From assembly GCA_965644495.1 (NCBI GenBank), contig CBFFSA010000001.1, forward strand, positions 992,001 to 1,056,000: a stretch of DNA of 64,000 bases, read 5' to 3'. A program made the translations under genes and the position numbers. The DNA comes from Perkinsela sp. CCAP 1560/9. Lineage: Eukaryota; Protista; Euglenozoa: Kinetoplastea. The notes beneath the pieces are model-generated. The model did no database searches. It had not been told where the DNA came from and saw only the letters and a program-made list of their open reading frames with translations. Within the stretch, counting starts at the first letter, position 1. Every line of letters begins with the position of its first letter. Below are positions 56,573 to 64,000 of the stretch, piece after piece.

Positions 56573-57346
56573 TTTGCCTCGAGGTCCTTCGGGCCTGACG
56601 GTTGGCACTTCACCTCGAGGTTCTTCGGAACTGACGGTTGGTGGTTACACTTTGTCTCGAGGTCCTTCGGGACTGACGGTTGGCACTTCACCTCGAGGTT
56701 CTTCGGAACTGACGGTTGGTGGTTACACTTTGCCTCGAGGTCCTTCGGGACTGACGGTTGGCACTTCACCTCGAGGTTCTTCGGAACTGACGGTTGGTGG
56801 TTACACTATGCCTCGAGGTCCTTCGGGACTGACGGTTGGCACTTCACCTCGAGGTTCTTCGGAACTGACGGTTGGTGGTTACACTATGCCTCGAGGTCCT
56901 TCGGGACTGACGGTTGGCACTTCACCTCGAGGTTCTTCGGAACTGACGGTTGGTGGTTTTACTTTGCCTCGAGGTCCTTCGGGACTGACGGTTGGCACTT
57001 CACCTCGAGGTTCTTCGGAACTGACGGTTGGTGGTTTTACTTTGCCTCGAGGTCCTTCGGGACTGACGGTTGGCACTTCACCTCGAGGTTCTTCGGAACT
57101 GACGGTTGGTGGTTACACTTTGCCTCGAGGTCCTTCGGAACTGACGGTTGGCACTTCACCTCGAGGTTCTTCGGAACTGACGGTTGGTGGTTACACTTTG
57201 CCTCGAGGTCCTTCGGGACTGACGGTTGGCACTTCACCTCGAGGTTCTTCGGAACTGACGGTTGGTGGTTTTACTTTGCCTCGAGGTCCTTCGGGACTGA
57301 CGGTTGGCACTTCACCTCGAGGTTCTTCGGAACTGACGGTTGGCAC
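56573..57346 (+). repeat. Ten copies of a 78-bp unit, giving 20 cUUCGg hairpins (36+42-bp dimer)
   Basis: CCTCGAG-GTCC-TTCG-GGAC-TGACGG alternates with CCTCGAG-GTTC-TTCG-GAAC-TGACGG. Confidence 0.95.
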
Positions 57347-57795
57347 ATCACTTCGAATGATCATTAAGGGTAGATTTCTTGTAGTCGTAAATTTAATGAT
57401 TATTGTAAGCAAAGATTGCTGATCATCACACAGTACCACTGCCGTTTGTGTTGTTTTCCAGTGTACTGGAAGTAAAGAAAAAGAAGCGGATAGAAAAAAT
57501 GAAATTGTCTGTGTGACGCACCTTATACGACTCGCGTAGGCGGGTCAGTTTTGCACTGCTTTTTTTTCGCGGATTTCTAATGCAATGCCTTTACGGCTAC
57601 GCATCTGTGTGCGTATCTAATAAAAGATGCTCAACGTATTTGACACCCCTTAGAGTTTTGTTTTACGCTTCAAAACCTAGAATGATGACAAGAAGGGGGG
57701 GAGGGAGTTGACCTGCGGTGCCAATGGGCATGCCTGTCACTGGGTTTGGTCCTGGTATAAAGGCCGTTCCTCGGTGAACCGTTCCGTCGTGTGGT

Positions 57796-58060
57796 GAGGT
57801 CCTTGGGACTTGCTTCGCGTTCCGGATTTTGTGATCCGAGGCCCCTTATGGCTCTGTTTCCACTACACTTGTTGTAGTGAGAGGTCCTTTGGACTTGTTT
57901 AGTGTTCCGGATTTTATGATCCGAGGCCTTTTATGGCTCCATTTCCACTACAATTGGTGTAGCGGGGTCCTTTGGGCTTGTTTCGCGTTCCGGATTTTAT
58001 GATCCGAGGCCTTTTATGGCTTCATTTCCACTACAATTGGTGTAGTGAGGTTTGGACTTG
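57796..58060 (+). repeat. About 3.2 copies of an 83-85-bp hairpin-rich unit
   Basis: Units start at 57796, 57881, 57964 and 58047; each full unit has four short inverted repeats. Confidence 0.88.
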
Positions 58061-58570
58061 GTTTGCGCGATGAGGAGATTTCGACCGGAGTATCGGAGAT
58101 TCACATCCAATTTGATGTTGTTTTTTAATGTATTGTTTCAAGTCCTTTTTGAGGTGATTGGTGGCACCATCCATAGCTTGACTGATGTTTGTAGGATGAA
58201 GGTGCTCTGGAAATGTGTGAACATTTCCTACGATTGTCAGAGAGAAAAAAAGAAGCTTTTGTTTCGAATTGTTACTTTTGAAAACGTGAAGAAAAGAGGG
58301 CATAGAAATAGGGAAGTCTACTTTTCAAAATGTGATCGCCTCGCTGTTTGATTCAGCGCGCCGTCAAACGTACCGCAGTTTAGAGCTTTTAGTAGCGGTG
58401 GTCTTTGTGAAACATTTGCTACGATTGTTTAGTGGGGTGTTAGTGTGCTTTACGAACGGTAGGTGACTCGGGATATGACGTCCGAAACTGATCTTCGAAC
58501 GATGTGAGCAAGCATATGGTCCCACTTTTGATGGATAAGAAGAAGAAAGAAGGAGAAAAAGAGCTATTCG

Positions 58571-58735
58571 GTGCCATGGCTTGCCAGGCGTACTGGGCTT
58601 GGTCCCGGTTCCAAGGTGCTTATGAAGTCTGTGATAATGAGGGTGTTGCTAATCCCTGGACAGTATGCTGCCCAGGGACACAGCAACTCCCCATTATCTC
58701 GGCGTAGTAAACACGCCTTGGCTTGCCTGGCACTG
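58571..58735 (-). ncRNA. Putative structured RNA (long hairpin plus decayed twister 5' half); 98-bp inverted copy at 62513-62610
   Basis: Nested complementary segments; on the minus strand CATTATCACAGACTTCATAA...ACCGG...CAAGCCC is shared with 56193-56238. Confidence 0.55.
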
Positions 58736-58930
58736 GACCCAATGCAGTCCCCGGGTGGCCCGTAGTGGACTAAGTGGCACAAGACGACCCACAGTGGCCC
58801 ATAGTGGCCCCAAAAATCGAGCGTCGCCGGAGAATCGTGACGACATAGAGGCAAGTGATTCTCTGATAAGTAGCGTACCTAGCTAAGTATAGTGAGGAGG
58901 GGCAACTGTATATGAGCGTAGAGTGTATGA

Positions 58931-60112
58931 TCATAGGGGGTTATTGGTTGAGTGCTGGTGGGGGGATTGTTGTTCACGAAAAAAAACATACGCATCAAGA
59001 TTTTTAGGATACGTGTATTTGTCCATCGGACCTGTGATAGTAGAACTGTCAGATACTCCATATCTGGAAGATTGTCCTTTGTGCTCTATTATCTTCTTTT
59101 TAACTGCTTCCACTTTCTCAGGGGTAAGAGGTGGATATCTTCCTTGAGGTCCATGTTTATGAAACACTTCCATGTTATGAACCATGAGAGCGCACGAAAA
59201 CGCATAGTAAAGAAAATCTGGACTACGAGTCCACTGCTTAAAAGCCAGCCATTTGCCACAGCACGAACGAGAAAAAATGTGTTCGACCCGCGATCTAAAG
59301 TGAGCCAACTTTCCATTGAAGCACATTTTACCATCTGCTTCTGAATCATGATGTTTCTGCATAGACTTAGATTTTGGGCGCTTCGAACACCAAATTTTGG
59401 CTTTAGAATGGGGTACTATTAATCTATCAGTAAGACCATCGTAAAATCCCCCGTCAGCAAGAGCGCGAACACGATTGTGTGCCAGAAAATCCAGAATACC
59501 ACTACAGTCCTGAATAACGGCGTCGGATGAGGCTCCACAGTACAATGTGTCTGCTGTGAAGCAAACATACCCAGACATTGTAGATGCTACGAGCGCTTTC
59601 ACGACGTGTGTAGCATATTTGGGTTGATAGCAGTGAGGCAAGCTATCAACGTACAGTGGCACTGTGTCCATCACCACCTTTATGTCCTTATCCCAAAAAG
59701 GAAGAACTGCGTTTGATTCATGGTGCAAAATATCAGAATCCAAACAAAGCCATGTATCCTTCATATCGGAATGCAGTTTTTTAAAAAACGCGGGTATCTT
59801 GTCAGAACAAGAACGTTCAGACCAACCGGTTCCGAATTTCAAGGATATGAGTTCTGATACAATGTCGTAGCTACCCCCACACCGCAAAAAAAGAAAGCTC
59901 GCAAAAATTTCTTCAAAGGGATAAAATTGTTTTAGAAAGGTGAGAGCGCGATGCGTTAAACCGCATAAAGACAACTCTGAATATTTATTTTCGTAGGGAG
60001 CATCAGGTTCAGGTGCATCGCCGGATGTATCAGGTGGTGCGTCACGGGTTTCAGATATATTAACGGGTGTGTCATATTCCGGGGTGTCAATACGGCCAAG
60101 CATCAGTATCAA
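58931..60112 (-). CDS. PIF/Harbinger-type DDE transposase (DDE_Tnp_4-like), intact
   Basis: FLFLRCGGSY HTH-like region, VMDTVP (D), GASSD, LADGGFY (D), LIVPH, FNGKLAHFRSRVEHIF (E). Confidence 0.85.
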   Translation of the reverse strand: MILMLGRIDTPEYDTPVNISETRDAPPDTSGDAPEPDAPYENKYSELSLCGLTHRALTFLKQFYPFEEIFASFLFLRCGGSYDIVSELISLKFGTGWSERSCSDKIPAFFKKLHSDMKDTWLCLDSDILHHESNAVLPFWDKDIKVVMDTVPLYVDSLPHCYQPKYATHVVKALVASTMSGYVCFTADTLYCGASSDAVIQDCSGILDFLAHNRVRALADGGFYDGLTDRLIVPHSKAKIWCSKRPKSKSMQKHHDSEADGKMCFNGKLAHFRSRVEHIFSRSCCGKWLAFKQWTRSPDFLYYAFSCALMVHNMEVFHKHGPQGRYPPLTPEKVEAVKKKIIEHKGQSSRYGVSDSSTITGPMDKYTYPKNLDAYVFFREQQSPHQHSTNNPL

Positions 60113-60284
60113 GTAGAGGAAAGATTATTATGATTTTATTAGAGGAAAGAAAGATTCTATATTAAATAAAATTCTTTGATTTACGATTTTTTTTTGAATT
60201 CCTTACTTCCAAATTCCTTACTTGCAACTTTTTCACTTACAACATAACCGCTTAAAACTTACTTGCGATTTACAGGCCTACAAC

Positions 60285-61181
60285 TTACTTACGACTTTTA
60301 AAATGCAAAGTGTTCGAACTTGAAGTTGAAGCAATGCGGGAAACGCGTTGCCGCTTCGGATTGCTGACCAGGTTTTCATCGTTCCGAACTTCAACTATCT
60401 CAACTTCCTGATCTGCGGCAGTCAAAGTTTGACGAGGAGGTCGGGCAACGTGAATAAGATGAGCATTCGAAGTCTTTCCCTTCTTGAGAATCCGCAGTTG
60501 AACAAGGTCGTCCCGGATAGAAAGAAGTTCAGTAGGAACATTCTCCTCCATTGAATTGCCAAGTTTGTCCATAATCTCACCCTGAACTTGGTGAACAAAC
60601 TTTCGATCAATTTCAAATGTTGAGTCACCTAGAACCGACAAAAAACTTGCTACCAACGCAGTCTTTGTGTCTCTCAGAACCTTCTTTTCATTGGCGCGCT
60701 TGCCCTCATACAAGTTCCAGAGGTTTCGCAAAAACTCCTGCAGAGAGCCCCGCTCCTCTGGATGCAACGCATGGTTAAAATACGAGCAAACTGCTTCGGC
60801 CGAACGCGGGATATATCTTTTTATAGAAACATCTTTTGCCCTTTTGATAAGAATAAGGATGTGGGCCACATGTCCGAACGCAAGCTTCGTACCGCAGAGC
60901 ATGCGACCCACGTACTCAGCACATGCGTTAAGAACATTTTCTTCCTTCAGACCACGAGCATAAATGTGGTCTAAGGTGTTGGCGGGAAGTCGTTCTCCAT
61001 CTTGAGGGGAATTGCACAACGGACAGTAGTTTGAACCTATGAGAACTGAAACCCTGTGACACTGAATACAGGGGTCCTTTACATCGCATTCGATGGGACA
61101 GGCACACATTACACACCTTCGGGGTTCTCCAAGACTTACGTTACGGTCTGCTTTGCAGCGTGGACAAAACATTTTTTCCAT
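60285..61181 (-). CDS. Zinc-ribbon protein (4 CxxC pairs), probable second ORF of the Harbinger-like element
   Basis: CPRC, CVMC, CIQC, CPLC at the N-terminus; NLS-like PKRQR; co-oriented 172 bp upstream of the transposase, opposite to host genes. Confidence 0.65.
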   Translation of the reverse strand: MEKMFCPRCKADRNVSLGEPRRCVMCACPIECDVKDPCIQCHRVSVLIGSNYCPLCNSPQDGERLPANTLDHIYARGLKEENVLNACAEYVGRMLCGTKLAFGHVAHILILIKRAKDVSIKRYIPRSAEAVCSYFNHALHPEERGSLQEFLRNLWNLYEGKRANEKKVLRDTKTALVASFLSVLGDSTFEIDRKFVHQVQGEIMDKLGNSMEENVPTELLSIRDDLVQLRILKKGKTSNAHLIHVARPPRQTLTAADQEVEIVEVRNDENLVSNPKRQRVSRIASTSSSNTLHFKSRK

Positions 61182-61827
61182 TTTAGTAGCTTCATTACTG
61201 TGAAACAGACGTTTAATTCTAGATGTACATAGTTACTTCATTTCGTTCTATTTTACAACTGCTGTACGTGGTCGACCAAAAATACATGAGAACGAAATCC
61301 TTACGAACTCAATATACACAACATAAAAGCAATCAAAAGGCACAACTTAAACTTTGAAGTGTCCAATCGTGGCACCGATTGTCCCATAGTGGCCCACAGT
61401 GTCCCATAGTGGCCCCAGAAATGTACCGAAGTTGCTGGGGGTCCACTGTAATCGCCGAGAGAGAAAAAAAACTCGCGCCTCTCGTGGTACGAGAAGGAGC
61501 AGGCTGAACAGAAGTCGGAAGATCCGGTGCGAAGTACGCACGAATGATTTGGATCTGCTTGAAAGAATTTGTGTGGGGGGCCTCCCCGAGAAGATGTGAA
61601 GTCCCGTGAGGGGAAGCAAGATCTCGCCCTGGTCGCTTCTGCAAAAAAAGGAAAAAAAAAGGGTTGGTAAATTACATCCCGCTATGGGAGACGAGTAAGC
61701 GAGTAAGTTGTAGGTTGTAAATATATTGCCAACGCCGCATTATTGAGTGCATTACGCGGGGCGCGTTGATAGAAAAAAAAAAAAAAGAAGGGAAATATTA
61801 GAAGTTTGCTTTAAGATGCAGGATTTT

Positions 61828-62298
61828 AGATCTTTATGGTGTTCGCAGCCTTATGACAGATTGTTTGTGACGTTTGTGATCCGTTATTCGAAATCTTTGT
61901 GCTTTAATCGGTTATTTGGGGATCTTTGTGACCCGTTGTTTGGGATCTTTGATATACGTTATTTGGGGTTTTTGTGACCCATTGTTCAGGAGTTTTTTGA
62001 TCGGTTGTTGAGGATTGGTTGTATGGGGATCTTTGTGATCTGTTTTTTTTGTGATCCTTTCGACCTCTTACTTAGGATATTTCTGATCGTTTGTTTGGTA
62101 TCTATGAAGTCCTTATGATTCATTGCATGGGATCTTTGTAATCGGATGTGTATATTACCTGATTGGTTTGTTTGTTTGTTTGTTTGTTTGTTATCTTTGT
62201 GATCGGTTCACTTGAAATCTTAATGACCCATTATTTGTTATCTCGTGTTTGGGATCTTTGTGACCCACCGTTTGTGGCCTTCGTGATCTTTGTGATCA
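61828..62298. repeat. Degenerate array of GGATCTTTGTGA(T/C)C motifs
   Basis: About 15 variably spaced copies in a GT-rich background. Confidence 0.7.
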
Positions 62299-62608
62299 GT
62301 GCTAAAAAAGAATCCGTAAAAAAAGAGCTTATCAAACGTGCGGGTACAGCACGTACTTGCACACCCTGGTTCCGTATCCCAGCCTTCTTGACGCACGTCG
62401 AAAGACGTGTTGCCGGGGAGATCACTCGGATACGGAAACGGGCCCCTTAAGTGGGAAGCATGCTGGGCTGTGAAATGACTGGGGAGAAATATTTTTTCTC
62501 TCTCGGCGATTACAGTGCCAGGCAAGCCAAGGCGTGTTTACTACGCCGAGACAATGGGGAGTTGCTGTGTCCCTGGGCAGCATACTGTCCAGGGATTAGC
62601 AACACCCT

Positions 62609-64000
62609 CAGTTTCTGTACCTTGTTGACTTATTTTTCTTTCCCTATTTCTTTTATCCGGACAATGAGGGAGGCTGATTCCTGCGGCTCGACGACGATAC
62701 GAGAAGATGACCTTTTTGCCCAAGAGGAGAAAACGCACACGCCAGCTCCTGGGACCAGTTTGAGGGTAATTAGCATCTTATCGCTGCAACTAGTACATAC
62801 GATGAATCCCTCTACACGACGCCCATACCAGAAAATATTACACCGGCCTGGCAAGACAAAATGGAAACGGCACTACAATCTTTGCACCGAGAGAAGCAGA
62901 CACCCGACACGGGGATGATTTTATCGGCAGACGAAGAGAGAAATCATTCCAGCGTATCAAGAGACTGTGCCCCCAATACGTCTGGCAAAGGTCAAGAAGT
63001 AACAAGCCAAACCCCAGAGCGGTACGAACCACATTCCATGGCCACAGCGAGGCTTCTCCCACGAAAAAGCCCTCTTTCTAGCCAAAAGTCGACGCCCAAA
63101 ATTTTCGAGAGAGGGGTTAGTAAAGATTCCAAGACTCGCCAACCAGCTAGACGAGACACAATGAGACGTCGCACCTGTCCAGTAGAAGTGTGCAACTGGA
63201 GCACCGCATCACACGGAGGGAAGTGGCAGGCCTACTACCATCATGTCGCAAGCCAACATAGCGATACTGTGCCTTCGGAATGGTGGGAAAAAGAAGGACG
63301 TTTCTTATGCCCCTCATGCGGCAAGCACTATGATCACAATAAAAAAGCTTCCCATGAGGAAAAATGTCAAGACTCCTTGGGCTCTTACACCTCGTCACTA
63401 ACCTGTGAGCCAGAAACCGAAGAGGCTTTCATTTCCCAAATTTACAGGGATTCGCTCCCGTCTCTTGATTGTGTCTGCTCTTACGCCATCAACACATGCA
63501 AAGATGTACCATTCCGATGCAAACAACAGTGGGCCTCTGTTTTGACTCAAACAATGGCTGCAGTGGTTAGAGAGAACTCGGTTGAGGCCTGGACACGCTT
63601 AGCGATGCTCCCAAAATGTGTCCTGCCCGCGCCCAAAAGAGGGGGACGAAAAGGAAATTCGTCCTATACCACGAAAACGGGCCAACGCATGGATCGCTCG
63701 GAATCCAGGGAATACGCGGCACTGTGGAACGAATCTGTTGCGCAAATGGTAAAGAAGCGGGAGAGGAACGACGATGAGGAAGTGGACGAGTCCGGCAAGG
63801 CGGCGAAACGAGCCGAGTTGCTGGCCAGACAAGGGGAGTTTTCCCGTGCGATGCAAGCTCTTACAGCAGCACCGATGGCACCTGAATCCGAAGAAACTTA
63901 CGAAAAACTCCAATCGAAGCACCCAGGTAGATTGCCTTTATCATCTTCCGTCACATTCCGACCCATAGAGGGAGAGCCTTTACATCTATCCGAAGGCGAA
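62609..64000 (+). mobile_element. 5' part of a CRE-clade non-LTR retrotransposon (continues beyond the window)
   Basis: Frame open from 62774 to the window end (absent from the ORF track): zinc fingers CPVEVC...HVASQH and CPSC...HEEKC, then AWTRLAMLPKCVL...RGG and GEFSRAMQAL...EKLQSKHP, typical of the region before the CRE RT; spliced-leader-like 19-mer at the 5' junction. Confidence 0.85.

Noticed and set aside
56573-57346. CRISPR or other guide array
   Set aside because: The linkers between hairpins are two alternating, near-constant sequences rather than unique spacers, and no cas genes are present
56456-57422. Repeat-protein CDSs (303 and 291 aa)
   Set aside because: The frames are open only because the 78-bp unit lacks stops; both have non-ATG starts and the variants are non-synonymous in both. 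Not called, though not formally excluded
57796-58060. Tandem hammerhead ribozymes on the minus strand
   Set aside because: GAAA follows a stem, but there is no CUGANGA core
60285-61181. Fanzor/TnpB nuclease
   Set aside because: The zinc motifs are N-terminal and no RuvC I/II/III motifs are recognisable
58638-62610. 98-bp inverted repeats as TIRs of the Harbinger element
   Set aside because: There is no target-site duplication; the right copy ends at the SL/CRE junction and the left copy continues as a larger structured RNA
62609-62700. SL RNA gene
   Set aside because: The 5' half of the exon is missing and there is no GT splice donor after the SL-like 19-mer

Overview
This is eukaryotic, intron-less DNA. 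Essentially all host genes from 1 to 55 kb lie head-to-tail on the + strand, as in a kinetoplastid polycistronic unit. The short LRR gene family and compact genes suggest a Perkinsela-like kinetoplastid, but that is inference. Host genes include cytochrome b5 reductase, a DTW protein, a METTL25-like methyltransferase, eIF4G, DDI1, DNA polymerase alpha, a membrane-anchored penicillin-acylase-family Ntn hydrolase, a torsin-like AAA+, a TCP11-like protein, kinesin, a divergent TBP-fold protein, CFAP410, listerin/LTN1, a TRF4/PAPD5 poly(A) polymerase and a Vps33-like SM protein. Mobile DNA is abundant: an intact Tc1-like element with a DD32E triad, two PIF/Harbinger transposases (one intact and paired with a zinc-ribbon ORF), pogo-like relics, a MITE and two CRE-clade non-LTR retrotransposon pieces. 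The most striking region is 55.6-64 kb. It holds a canonical twister ribozyme (56205-56277) followed by an array of 20 covarying cUUCGg hairpins, a related 83-bp hairpin repeat, a second structured RNA with a decayed twister half, and a CRE element whose 5' end carries a probable retro-transcribed spliced-leader remnant. Four unrelated genes also show abrupt C-rich to G-rich switches inside their coding sequence.
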